Below are positions 9,672 to 18,560 of a stretch of DNA of 50,294 bases, in pieces. The DNA is from Sedimentisphaerales bacterium (lineage in GTDB: Bacteria; Planctomycetota; Phycisphaerae; Sedimentisphaerales; SM23-30). Below the pieces are notes generated by a model. The model had not been told where the DNA came from. It ran no database searches and saw nothing but the letters and a program-made list of their open reading frames with translations. Numbering within the stretch: the stretch's first letter is position 1; each line of letters begins with the position of its first letter. Where the stretch lies: contig JAFGFX010000323.1 of the NCBI GenBank assembly GCA_016930855.1, positions 1-50,294 on the forward strand. Direction: 5' to 3'. The position numbers and the translations under genes were made by a program.

Positions 9672-9865
9672 GGGGCTCTCCTGTCGTAAACCCTCTCCCC
9701 CGGGCGGCCGCAACCCATCGGGGCCATGTCGCCTTCGGCCTATCGTAAGCGGTTATTCAACAATGCGATACATTATATGACGTCATGTCGCCGGCCCGCA
9801 CCAGAAATGGACGCCTGGTGCATGACATCCATGTTTAGTGTAGAAGATGCCCTGGCGTGCGGCAA

Positions 9866-9896
9866 GAGAAAAACCGATCCGCCAGTCCGGCCGGTC
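9866..9896 (-). terminator. possible intrinsic terminator after the fliA-distal ORF
   Basis: The minus-strand RNA starting at the stop codon reads UGACCGGCCGGACUGGCGGAUCGGUUUUUCUCUU. This is an imperfect GC stem (ACCG/CGGU plus CCG/CGG) followed by a U-rich tract. Confidence 0.3.
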
Positions 9897-10248
9897 AGGC
9901 GGAGATGTCGATATGATCGCTGGATGGATCGCCGTCGGTCGCTTCCGGTTCGCTGGTCCCGTCGGCATGATAGATCTTTTGGGGCTCGGAACCGGCCCGT
10001 TCGTGGGCGTCGTAGGTGTCCTGGGCGTCCTGGCCGTTGCGCTGCCGCTCGTCTTCGCGATTGACCCGCAGTTGATCGGTGTGCTCGGTATCCTCCACCT
10101 CGGTCTGTTGCTGTTCGGCCAGACGGGCGACCTGCCGGGTATCGCGGGCCTGCTTGTTTCGCTGGAGGTTCTCGCTTTTGGCCGATTCGGCCGAAGAGAC
10201 CTGGGCCTGAAAAATCGAGCCGATTATATTGGGAGGAATACTGCTCAT
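9895..10248 (-). CDS. small highly charged hypothetical protein downstream of fliA
   Basis: Track ORF 9895..10254 begins at a GTG. An ATG at 10248 has GAGGG upstream. About 117 aa, rich in Gln/Glu/Asp/Arg, with no hydrophobic segment and no motif I recognise. Co-directional with fliA. Confidence 0.5.
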   Translation of the reverse strand: MSSIPPNIIGSIFQAQVSSAESAKSENLQRNKQARDTRQVARLAEQQQTEVEDTEHTDQLRVNREDERQRNGQDAQDTYDAHERAGSEPQKIYHADGTSEPEATDGDPSSDHIDISA

Positions 10249-10412
10249 GACCACCCTCGGCGGCGGGCTCGGCGAAGGATCAGCCGCCGGCGGCGGCCGG
10301 AACAGGCCGCGCCTGCCTTGGCCGCAGCGCCGCGGCGGGATTCGGCGCCCCCATCCGCCCCGCCCGCTGCTCGGCCGCCCGTGTGCATATCGTCACGGTG
10401 CGGCTTTTTGGA

Positions 10413-11210
10413 TTAGACATGCAGTTTCTTTTTTTGGTGGCTCATCTGGGCCTTTAGGCGGGCCAGGATCGACGAGTGCATCTGGGAGACCCGAGATTCC
10501 GATAAGTCGAGCGTGGCCCCAATCTCCTTCATGGTCATTTCCTCGTAATAATAGAGGATCAGGATCAGCCGCTCGGCCCGGCTGAGCCCCTTGGTCATCA
10601 TCTCCTTGAGATCGCGCTTCTGGGTTTCCTCGTAGGGATTCTGGCCGCGCTTGTCCTCCAGGACATCGATCTCGCAGACGTCCTTCTGGCTGTCGGTCTC
10701 AAACCATTTGCGGCTCAGGGAAACCAGCGTCACGGCGGTGGCGTCCCGCTTGAGCTTGATGAAGTCGTCGATCCCCAGCCCCATCCGTTCGGCGATTTCC
10801 TCATCGGTGCCGCCCCGGCCGTTCTCGGCCTCGAAGGACTTGGCCGCCTCCTCGAGCTTGTGGCCCCGCGAGCGCACCAGCCGCGGCACCCAGTCCATGG
10901 CCCGCAGCTCGTCCAGGATCGCCCCCCGCACCCGCGGCGCGCAGTAGGTCTCGAATTTCACGCCCCGTGTCATGTCGAACGCCTCGATGGCGTCCTTGAG
11001 CCCGAAGATCCCGGCGCTGATCAGATCGTCCAGTTCGACCTCGTCGGGAAGCTTGGCGTAGATCCGCTCGGCGTTGTATTTCACCAGCGGCAGGTATTCC
11101 TCGATCAGCCGGTTACGGTACTGGGTACCGTTATCATCGCGATGCGCCTGAAACTTCTGCCAAACGTCCGCGATATCCATCGTTTGTATCTCGCTTCGAT
11201 TCCTCGGCAT
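10413..11210 (-). CDS. fliA: flagellar sigma factor sigma28 (FliA/WhiG family)
   Basis: 265 aa with an AGAGGA RBS. Region 2 (NRLIEEYLPLVKYNAERIY, DLISAGIFGLKDAIEAFD), region 3, and region 4 HTH (MKEIGATLDLSESRVSQMH). Confidence 0.9.
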   Translation of the reverse strand: MPRNRSEIQTMDIADVWQKFQAHRDDNGTQYRNRLIEEYLPLVKYNAERIYAKLPDEVELDDLISAGIFGLKDAIEAFDMTRGVKFETYCAPRVRGAILDELRAMDWVPRLVRSRGHKLEEAAKSFEAENGRGGTDEEIAERMGLGIDDFIKLKRDATAVTLVSLSRKWFETDSQKDVCEIDVLEDKRGQNPYEETQKRDLKEMMTKGLSRAERLILILYYYEEMTMKEIGATLDLSESRVSQMHSSILARLKAQMSHQKKKLHV

Positions 11211-11345
11211 GACACTATCCTCTTTCTACTCGGATTCGTAATGCATGCATCCTCGGCGTCGGCGCCCAAGCGCAACGGCCGGCGCGTCCGGTTACCCGCC
11301 ATCCCTTTCCCTTCGGACCACCTCCCAATGCCCAGCGCAGCCGGC

Positions 11346-11666
11346 TCAGGGCCCGGCTGCGGCCGGTGTTTGCCCGGTCGAGACCTCCTGCGGTTCTGCC
11401 GGGGCGGATTCCGGCCGGACCGGCTCGGATTCCTCGATCTTCTTCACCTCGTTGTCAAAGTTCTCCTGCACGGCCCTCTGGCCCAGGGCAAACAGAAGAC
11501 ACCCCAGAAGATAGAACAATCCCATGACCAGCAAGGAGCGCAGAACCACGGTGACGAACGGATTATCCACCCACAGTCCGATAATCAGGCTGAGGCTGAA
11601 TCCCAACAAGGCCATTCCGGCGCCGCATACACGATTGGACAAGACTATTCCTCCGACGACGTTCAC
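11346..11666 (-). CDS. small two-TM membrane protein (hypothetical)
   Basis: Two hydrophobic helices (MALLGFSLSLIIGLW and LLVMGLFYLLGCLLFAL) and an acidic/Pro-rich tail. The track start is a GTG at 11666. An in-frame TTG at 11642 with GGAGGA 6 nt upstream is a better start. Confidence 0.4.
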   Translation of the reverse strand: MNVVGGIVLSNRVCGAGMALLGFSLSLIIGLWVDNPFVTVVLRSLLVMGLFYLLGCLLFALGQRAVQENFDNEVKKIEESEPVRPESAPAEPQEVSTGQTPAAAGP

Positions 11667-11825
11667 GTCCTATGCACAGCTCTCCGGATACGCACCGAGT
11701 CGCCGGCACGCACAAAGCGGCGTGTGGGGCGTCTTCTGCGGCATGAATCCTCCTGGCAGCCGCGGCGGGACGGCGCGAATGCCGGGCCGCCCCCGTGTTT
11801 TCGGGCCCGATCGTCGTCCCCTCTT

Positions 11826-11853
11826 TTATCGGTCCCATGCCAACCGGTATTTA
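11826..11853 (-). promoter_or_regulatory. candidate sigma28-type promoter (TAAA-N16-ACCGATAA)
   Basis: Minus strand reads GTTAAATACCGGTTGGCATGGGACCGATAAAAG. The TAAA overlaps the flhG stop codon. The -10 matches 7 of 8 positions of GCCGATAA. The spacer is 1 nt longer than the consensus N15. Confidence 0.4.
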
Positions 11854-12726
11854 ACGAAACCATTGCAGCACCCGACGGAAAAATCCGTCCTGTTTGGCCG
11901 GGTCCGCCTGGGCGCGGGCCAGCTTCTGGGCCAGGGCCAGCAGACACAGCGACGCCGGGCAGCGGGGATAGGCCAGCACCACCGGCCGCCGGCTGAGCAC
12001 CGCCCGGCCCAGGTGGTCGTCGCGGCGGATGTAGCCGGCGTCGTAAATCGGCGCCGCCAGGAACTTGCGGGTCACCGCCGCCATGCGGGCATACAGCATC
12101 TTGGCCTGCTCGCGATCCTCGGCCATGTTCACCAGCAGGGATAGTTTCGCCTGGGGGCGGGCCCGCAGCAGCGTCTTGATGACGGCGTAGGCGTCCGTGA
12201 TGCTGGTCGGCTCCGGCGTGGTGATCACCAGGTTGTGATCGGCGGCATGACAGAAGCTCAGCACGTTCGGCGAGATGCCCGCCCCGGTATCGATCACGAT
12301 GATGTCCGCCTGCTGTTCCAGGCCGGAGATCTCCTCCAGAATCCGCTGCCGCTGCTGCTCGTTCAAATCGGCCATCCGACTGATCCCGGAAGCGCCGCAG
12401 ATCACCTGGATCCCGCCGGGCCCGCGCTGGAGGATGTCCGACAAGCGCCGCTTGCCCGTCAGCACCTGGCTCAGATTGGCCCGCGAGGATACCGGCAACA
12501 GGATATCCAGATTGGCCAATCCCAGATCCGCGTCCATCAGGATCACCCGCTTGCCGGCGGCCGCCAGACAGATCGCCAGATTGGCGGCAACGTTTGACTT
12601 TCCCACCCCGCCCTTGCCGCTGGTCACGGCCAGCACGCGGGCCGCCTGGCGGGCGTTGCGCACCATGAGTCGCAACTTCTGCGCCTGGTCGGGAACCGAA
12701 AACGAGACTGCCTGGTCCATCAGCAT
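11851..12726 (-). CDS. flhG: flagellar number/placement ATPase FlhG (MinD/ParA family; FleN/YlxH)
   Basis: Trimmed to the Met at 12726. Deviant Walker A SGKGGVGKS and DADLGLANL. C-terminal amphipathic FFRRVLQWFR. Follows flhF. Confidence 0.85.
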   Translation of the reverse strand: MLMDQAVSFSVPDQAQKLRLMVRNARQAARVLAVTSGKGGVGKSNVAANLAICLAAAGKRVILMDADLGLANLDILLPVSSRANLSQVLTGKRRLSDILQRGPGGIQVICGASGISRMADLNEQQRQRILEEISGLEQQADIIVIDTGAGISPNVLSFCHAADHNLVITTPEPTSITDAYAVIKTLLRARPQAKLSLLVNMAEDREQAKMLYARMAAVTRKFLAAPIYDAGYIRRDDHLGRAVLSRRPVVLAYPRCPASLCLLALAQKLARAQADPAKQDGFFRRVLQWFR

Positions 12727-12863
12727 ATCACTCTTCCTATGGCAATCGGAACCTGCCGTTTGGCCACGTGTTTGGCCCGGGATCATCCTTCGTCAGGGCC
12801 TTTGGCATCCGGCCGCCCCGGCGAGATCCCCTGCGCCTTTCCTGTTCGCCTGCCCCATGATCC

Positions 12864-14126
12864 TCAAAACGAACTTGCCGCCTGGCCCGACAGCGACGCC
12901 ATCGGCGCGGCGCCGACCAGATCCATCCCCAACAGCAGCCGCGCCAGGCGCCGGCCGCTGCCCACCTCGATGTCGTCGGGCACATCCTGTCCGGTGGTGA
13001 TATACGACAGGGAAACCTGCAACCTGCGCACCACGGAGAAGATCACCCCGAAGCTGACCGCCTCGTCCAGCTTGGTGAAGATCACCCGGTCCACGCCGAG
13101 CTGGCCGAAGCGCTCCGCGGCGTGGAGGATATGGGAATGATGGCTCGTTCCCGAAAGCACCAGATGGACCTCGTGCGGCTTGGCCGACGTCAGAAACGCC
13201 TGCAGCTCGCGCAGCTTGATCTGGTCGTTCTGGGAGCGGCCGGCGGTATCGATCAGGACGTAATCCATCTCCTGCATCGAGCCGACCGCCTCGGCCAGTT
13301 CCGCCGGGGTGACCACCACCTTCAAGGGCACCCCCAGGATCTCGGCGTACATCCGCAGCTGGTCCACCGCCCCGATGCGGTAGGTGTCGATGGTGATGAA
13401 TCCCACCTTCTTGTTCTGCCGCAGCTTGAAATTCGCCGCCAGCTTGGCGATGGTGGTGGTCTTGCCGACCCCGGTCGGCCCGATGAAGGCGACCACCCGC
13501 GCCGAACCGTCCAGGTTGTGGGCGATGGGGCCGGCCGCCGAAATCATCTTGTCCAGAATCCCGACCAGCTTCTGGCGGATCATGTTGATGTTGGAAAGCT
13601 GGTCCCGGCTGACCTGCCGCTGGGCGTCCTGGACGAGCTCGCGGGCGATCTCCTCGGCCACCTCCCGCTGGAGCAGATCGAGATACAAATCGAAGAGTTT
13701 TTCCGGCATCTGCGGGGCATGGAGCTGCCGCTGCTCCCGCACCAGGTTTTCCACCAGGTCGCGCAGGTCGACGATTTGATTCTTGATCTCGTCGTTCGCC
13801 AGGGCTTCGACCGCCGGCCGGCCGCGGGCGGCATCCGGCACCGGCAGCGGCGAAAGGGGCTCCGCCGCCGCGCCGGCCGCGGGCGGCGCCTCCAGGCCAT
13901 AGGCGCAGCGCAATCGCCTCGCTCCCATCTGCCGCCGCAGGGCGCCGCCGCCGCCGGCATCCGCCTGGCGCGCCGTGATCTCCACGATGGGCCGCCGGCC
14001 CAATCCCAGGATCCCGCCGGTCTTGAAGGTACGCGTACGAACAATTACCGCATCGGGACCGACCTGCCGCTTGACCTGGGCCAGTGCCTGATGCATGGTT
14101 GGAGCGCGAAAGTGTCTCAGTTTCAT
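12864..14126 (-). CDS. flhF: flagellar SRP-type GTPase FlhF
   Basis: 420 aa. GPTGVGKTTT (G1), DTAGR (G3), TKLDE (G4). The ATG overlaps the flhA stop. Confidence 0.9.
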   Translation of the reverse strand: MKLRHFRAPTMHQALAQVKRQVGPDAVIVRTRTFKTGGILGLGRRPIVEITARQADAGGGGALRRQMGARRLRCAYGLEAPPAAGAAAEPLSPLPVPDAARGRPAVEALANDEIKNQIVDLRDLVENLVREQRQLHAPQMPEKLFDLYLDLLQREVAEEIARELVQDAQRQVSRDQLSNINMIRQKLVGILDKMISAAGPIAHNLDGSARVVAFIGPTGVGKTTTIAKLAANFKLRQNKKVGFITIDTYRIGAVDQLRMYAEILGVPLKVVVTPAELAEAVGSMQEMDYVLIDTAGRSQNDQIKLRELQAFLTSAKPHEVHLVLSGTSHHSHILHAAERFGQLGVDRVIFTKLDEAVSFGVIFSVVRRLQVSLSYITTGQDVPDDIEVGSGRRLARLLLGMDLVGAAPMASLSGQAASSF

Positions 14127-16231
14127 TGTTCCACTACCACCATTCCCACGGACTCAACCTGTACTTCCTTCACGATTTCGTTGTATGCCAGAACGGTTAC
14201 GTTCGGGATCGACGCGCTGAGCAGCCGCCGCAGCGACAACCGGATCTGCGGCGAGCAGAGCACCACCGGATGGCCGCCCACCCGGGTGAGTTTTTCCAGC
14301 TCCCGCGCCACCGCCTGCACGATCGTGCCGGCCAGGGCGGGCGGCAGGGTCATGAAGCTGCCCCGCTCGCTGCGCTCCACGTGCCGGTTGATGACGTCCT
14401 CCAGGCTCGGATCCAGGCTCACGCAGCGCAGGCGGCCGTCCGAGTCGCGGTACTGGGAGCAGATCGTGCGGGCCAGGGCGTTGCGGACGTACTCGGTGAG
14501 CACCTCCAGGTCCTGCGTGCGGGAGCCCCAGTCTCCCAGCGTCTCCAAAATGGTCTCCAGGTCCCGAATCGGCACGCGCTCCTCCAGCAGCGCCTGGAGG
14601 ATCTTCTGCACATCGCCGGCCTTGAGGGTGCCGCCGACCACCTCCTCGACGACCACGGGCGACTTGGCCTTGGCCGTCTCCAGCAGGCTGTTCAAATCCT
14701 GCCGCGTCATCAGCTCGGCGGCGTGCGACTTGACGATCTCCGTCAGGTGCGTGGCCACCACGGCGGAGGCGTCCACCACGGTGTAGTTCATCATCTCGGC
14801 CTGCTCCCGCCGCCCTTCGGGGATCCAGGCCGCCGGCAGGTCGAAGGCCGGCTCCCGGGTCGCCTCCCCGGCGATCTTGCCGGTGACGGCGCCGGAATCC
14901 ATCGCCAGCAGCTTGCCGGGATACACCTTGCCGCGGGCGATCTCGATCCCCTTGATCTTGATTGCGTACTCGTTCGCGCCCAGATGCACGTTGTCGCGTA
15001 TCCGGATGCTGGGCACGATGATGCCCAGTTCCAGGGCGATCTGGCGGCGGATCAGCGAGATGCGATGCAGGAGGTCGCCGCCCTGCTTGGTATCCACCAG
15101 GGAGATCAGGGCATAGCCCACCTCCAGCTCCATGCGATCCACGGGCAGCAGGCTTTCGATCTTTTCCGGCGGCGCGGCGGCGGCGGCCGCATCCTTCTGG
15201 GCCCGGTCCCGCTGGTGCGTCATGTGCTTCTGGGCGCGGCCGAGCATGAAGGCCAATCCCCCGATGCTGCCGGCCAGCATCAGCAGGGGCAGAAACGGCA
15301 GTTCGGTGAAGGCCAGCATGACCAGGAACGCCGCCGCCACCATCATCGCCTTGGGCTTGCTGGTCAGCTGGCTGATCAGCTCCTCGCCCAGGTTGGTCCG
15401 GGCGGTCGAGCGGGTGACGATCAGGCCGGCGGAGATGGAGATGATGAACGCCGGGATCTGGCTGACCAGCCCGTCGCCGATGGTCAGCCGGGTGAAGATC
15501 ACCAAACACTGCGAGAGCGGCAGCTGGTACTGCAGCACGCCGATCATCAGGCCGCCGATGATGTTCACCAGCGTGATGATGATCCCGGCGATGGCGTCGC
15601 CGCGGACGAACTTGCTGGCACCGTCCATGGCCCCGTAGAAATCCGCCTCGGCGGTGATCGCCTCCCGGCGGCGGCGGGCCTCGGCCTCGTTGATCAGGCC
15701 GGCGTTCAAATCGGCGTCGATGGCCATCTGCTTGCCCGGCATGCCGTCCAAGGTGAAGCGGGCCGCCACCTCGCTGATGCGGGTGGCGCCCTTGGTGATC
15801 ACGACGAACTGGATGACGATCAGGATGATGAAGATGATCAGGCCGACCACGAGGGAACCGCCCGCCACGAAATTGCCGAAGGCCTCGATCACGCGACCGG
15901 CGGCCTGGGCCTCCGCGCCGGGCTGGCCGGCCGCCGTCAGGATCAGCCGGGTCGTGGCGCAGTTCAGCACGAGGCGAAACAGGGTGGCCGTCAGCAGCAG
16001 CGAGGGGAACGCCGAAAACTCCAGGGGGGTGGTCACATAGATCGTGGTCAGCAGGACCACGGCCGCAAACGCCAGATTCGCCGCCAGGAACATGTCCATC
16101 AGCCAGGTCGGCAGGGGAATCAGCATGACGAAAATCAGACAGACCGCCGAGACCGGCAAAATCAGCTCGCGCGTCGCCCGGATGCGGCCCATCCAGTTCC
16201 ATCGTCGGGTTGTTGCGGTTGCTAACGGCAT
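14123..16231 (-). CDS. flhA: flagellar export gate protein FlhA
   Basis: 702 aa. N-terminal polytopic domain with FPSLLL and FVRGDAIAG (FHIPEP-type) motifs, and a large cytoplasmic C-terminal domain. Confidence 0.95.
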   Translation of the reverse strand: MPLATATTRRWNWMGRIRATRELILPVSAVCLIFVMLIPLPTWLMDMFLAANLAFAAVVLLTTIYVTTPLEFSAFPSLLLTATLFRLVLNCATTRLILTAAGQPGAEAQAAGRVIEAFGNFVAGGSLVVGLIIFIILIVIQFVVITKGATRISEVAARFTLDGMPGKQMAIDADLNAGLINEAEARRRREAITAEADFYGAMDGASKFVRGDAIAGIIITLVNIIGGLMIGVLQYQLPLSQCLVIFTRLTIGDGLVSQIPAFIISISAGLIVTRSTARTNLGEELISQLTSKPKAMMVAAAFLVMLAFTELPFLPLLMLAGSIGGLAFMLGRAQKHMTHQRDRAQKDAAAAAAPPEKIESLLPVDRMELEVGYALISLVDTKQGGDLLHRISLIRRQIALELGIIVPSIRIRDNVHLGANEYAIKIKGIEIARGKVYPGKLLAMDSGAVTGKIAGEATREPAFDLPAAWIPEGRREQAEMMNYTVVDASAVVATHLTEIVKSHAAELMTRQDLNSLLETAKAKSPVVVEEVVGGTLKAGDVQKILQALLEERVPIRDLETILETLGDWGSRTQDLEVLTEYVRNALARTICSQYRDSDGRLRCVSLDPSLEDVINRHVERSERGSFMTLPPALAGTIVQAVARELEKLTRVGGHPVVLCSPQIRLSLRRLLSASIPNVTVLAYNEIVKEVQVESVGMVVVEQ

Positions 16232-16274
16232 GCCATTCCTTGCTTCTTACACGAAATTCTATTTCCGATCCGGT

Positions 16275-17354
16275 CTAGCCGGTCGCCACGCGGCGATACC
16301 CCTTGCCGGCCAATTCGAACACGTAGGCCAAGACCTCCGCCACGGCCTTGTACAGCTCGGGAGGGATGTAGTCGCCCACCTCGCAGGCCTTGTACATCGC
16401 CTGGGCGAGGGGCTTGCGCTCCACGATGGGCACGCCGTGCTCCGTGGCGATGTCCCGGATCCGCTGGGCGATGAAGCCGGCGCCCTTGGCCACCACCTTG
16501 GGCGCGTGCATCTGCTCGTGGTCGTATTTCAGGGCGATCGCCAATTCCGTCGGGTTGGTGATCACCACGTCGGCCTTGGGCACCGCCTGGCTCATTCGCT
16601 GGGCGGCCAGCTGGCGGGCCACCTGCAGGCGGCGCTGCCGCATGAGGGGGTCGCCCTCCATCCGCTTGAGCTCCTCCTTGACTTCCTGCTTGGTCATGCG
16701 CAGGTCCTGGGTCCACTGGCGCCGTTGAAAGGCGTAATCGATCAGGGCCAGAATCACCAGCACCGCCGCCAGGCGCAGGCCCAGCAAAAAGACCAGCGAG
16801 GCCCCGGCGGTGATGACCCGGGCGAACGACAGCTCCGCCAGCTGCAGCAGCCGCGGCAGGTAGGACCGGATCGTGACAAACGCCACCGCGGCGATCACGA
16901 TGATCTTGGCCAGGCTCATCACGAAACGGATCGCCGTCCGCCGGGAAAACAGCCGGCTGAATCCCTTCAGCGGCGAGAGCTTGTCCAGGCTGGGGGTGAT
17001 CGGCTGGGCCGAGAAGACGAATCCCACCTGGGCCAGGTTCACCACGATCGCCGTGACCACCAGCACGGCGAAAAACGGCAGCAGGATCACCCCCGCGTGC
17101 CGCAGCATGATCCGCCAGACCGCATCGACCACCAGCAGGCCGTCCGTGGGCACCTGATCCAGCGTAAAGGACTGCTGCATCAGATCGGCGAACCCCCGCA
17201 TCATCGAGGACCCGTAGCCGTTCAGCAGCAGCAGGCCCGCCAGCAGGCCCAGGGCGGCGCTGAGATCCATGCTGCGGGCCACTTGGCCCTTCTCCCGCGC
17301 CTCCTGCAGGCGGCGGGGGGTGGGGGCTTCGGTCTTTTCGCCGAGATCCGGCAT
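16275..17354 (-). CDS. flhB: flagellar export switch protein FlhB
   Basis: 359 aa. N-terminal EKTEAPTPRRLQEAREKGQVARS, four TM helices, and the NPTE autocleavage motif (ITNPTELAIAL). Confidence 0.95.
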   Translation of the reverse strand: MPDLGEKTEAPTPRRLQEAREKGQVARSMDLSAALGLLAGLLLLNGYGSSMMRGFADLMQQSFTLDQVPTDGLLVVDAVWRIMLRHAGVILLPFFAVLVVTAIVVNLAQVGFVFSAQPITPSLDKLSPLKGFSRLFSRRTAIRFVMSLAKIIVIAAVAFVTIRSYLPRLLQLAELSFARVITAGASLVFLLGLRLAAVLVILALIDYAFQRRQWTQDLRMTKQEVKEELKRMEGDPLMRQRRLQVARQLAAQRMSQAVPKADVVITNPTELAIALKYDHEQMHAPKVVAKGAGFIAQRIRDIATEHGVPIVERKPLAQAMYKACEVGDYIPPELYKAVAEVLAYVFELAGKGYRRVATG

Positions 17355-17412
17355 GGTTCACGTTCTCCAGGGCCGCCGTTGCGCCAACGGGGCCGGCCGT
17401 CCCGCTCGGGAC

Positions 17413-18183
17413 CTACAAAAACATCCCGCCAATCGCCTGCAGCACCCGAACGAGACTATCCTCGAACAGGATGCCGATTCCTCCGAAGGACACGACGATC
17501 AAACAGATCCCCAGCGTGATCCGAATGGGAAATCCCGCCGCCAGGATGTTCAACTGCGGCATCGTCCGGGAGATGAAGCCCAGCGCCAGCGTGGCCAGGA
17601 AGATGGCCGTCAGGGCGGGCCCGGCCACGCGGACCCCTAGCACGAAGGCGTTGGTCAGGACGGTGATCATCGCGTCGAGCACATCCAGACCGATCGAGCC
17701 GCCCATCAGGGGCACCGTCCGGAAGGTGTCCGCCAGCGAACGCACCAGGGCGATGTGGCCGTTCATCAGCACATAGATCAGGGTGGCCACCAGCAGATAG
17801 AACTCGGACAGCACGGTGGAATCCAGCTCGGTGTTCGGGTCCACCAGGTGCGCCATGCCCAGTCCCATCTGATAGCCGACCAGGTCGGCGCCGATCTGCA
17901 CCCCCGTGAGCATCAGGTACAGGCAGAAGCCCATGGTGATCCCGATGAGCATCTCCGAGCCGATCGCCATCGCCAGGGGCGCCAGGGAGGCCGGCACCAC
18001 GGCCGCGGCAGGGACCATCGGATAGATCGCGGCGCTGAGAATCACGGCCAGCAGGACGCGAATCGTCGGCGGGATCCGCGCCGAGCCCAACACCGGGGCC
18101 AGCACCAGCAATCCGGCCACGCGGAACAGCACCAGGATAAACACCGGGGCGTGCTGCACTAACTGTTGTATCGTTTCGAGCAT
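17413..18183 (-). CDS. fliR: flagellar export apparatus protein FliR
   Basis: 256-aa polytopic membrane protein positioned between fliQ and flhB. Confidence 0.88.
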   Translation of the reverse strand: MLETIQQLVQHAPVFILVLFRVAGLLVLAPVLGSARIPPTIRVLLAVILSAAIYPMVPAAAVVPASLAPLAMAIGSEMLIGITMGFCLYLMLTGVQIGADLVGYQMGLGMAHLVDPNTELDSTVLSEFYLLVATLIYVLMNGHIALVRSLADTFRTVPLMGGSIGLDVLDAMITVLTNAFVLGVRVAGPALTAIFLATLALGFISRTMPQLNILAAGFPIRITLGICLIVVSFGGIGILFEDSLVRVLQAIGGMFL

Positions 18184-18271
18184 CGTGTTAAACCGTCCGG
18201 CGGAGTATCCGCCGCACCATGAACGCCTGGCAAGCCGGCGGACCGAGGCCGCCGGGTCGGCCCGCCGGCGC

Positions 18272-18535
18272 CTACGGCACCGGCATCGGGCCGAACATCT
18301 CCTGGGCGAACTCCATCAGTTTGGTCATGATCCAGGGCATCAGCAAAACGGACGCCGCCACCATGGCGACGATCTTGGGCACGAACGTCAGCGTCATCTC
18401 CTGGATCTGGGTGACCGCCTGCAGCAGGGAAACGAGCACGCCGACCACCAGGCCCACGCCCAGCAGCGGCAGGGCAATCAAGAGAGTCAGCATCAGGGTC
18501 TGGCGTCCCAGCGACAGGGCCATGTCCGGATCCAT
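18272..18535 (-). CDS. fliQ: flagellar export apparatus protein FliQ
   Basis: 87 aa, two TM helices, sequence typical of FliQ (LLIALPLLGVGLVVGVLVSLLQAVTQIQE). Confidence 0.9.
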   Translation of the reverse strand: MDPDMALSLGRQTLMLTLLIALPLLGVGLVVGVLVSLLQAVTQIQEMTLTFVPKIVAMVAASVLLMPWIMTKLMEFAQEMFGPMPVP

Positions 18536-18560
18536 CGGATTTCCTCCCGCGGCCGCGTTG

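Noticed and set aside
9895-10248. Calling the small acidic ORF downstream of fliA 'flgM'.
   Set aside because: Position and disorder fit, but I cannot see the conserved C-terminal sigma28-binding helices of FlgM. It is reported as hypothetical with a testable hypothesis instead.
14084-16225. Very long ORFs antisense to or frame-shifted within real genes. Examples: 14084..16225 (+) 713 aa; 14154..16202 (-) 682 aa; 16044..17519 (+); 16222..17361 (-); 21940..23673 (+); 24021..25730 (+); 29672..31150 (-); 31762..33201 (-); 36775..38316 (+); 39741..41351 (+); 43160..44128 (-).
   Set aside because: Their translations are monotonous Arg/Gly/Pro/Ala/His/Asp-rich strings with no motifs. Each fully overlaps a gene whose product has clear family signatures. 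Open alternative frames are expected in GC-rich DNA because stop codons are AT-rich.
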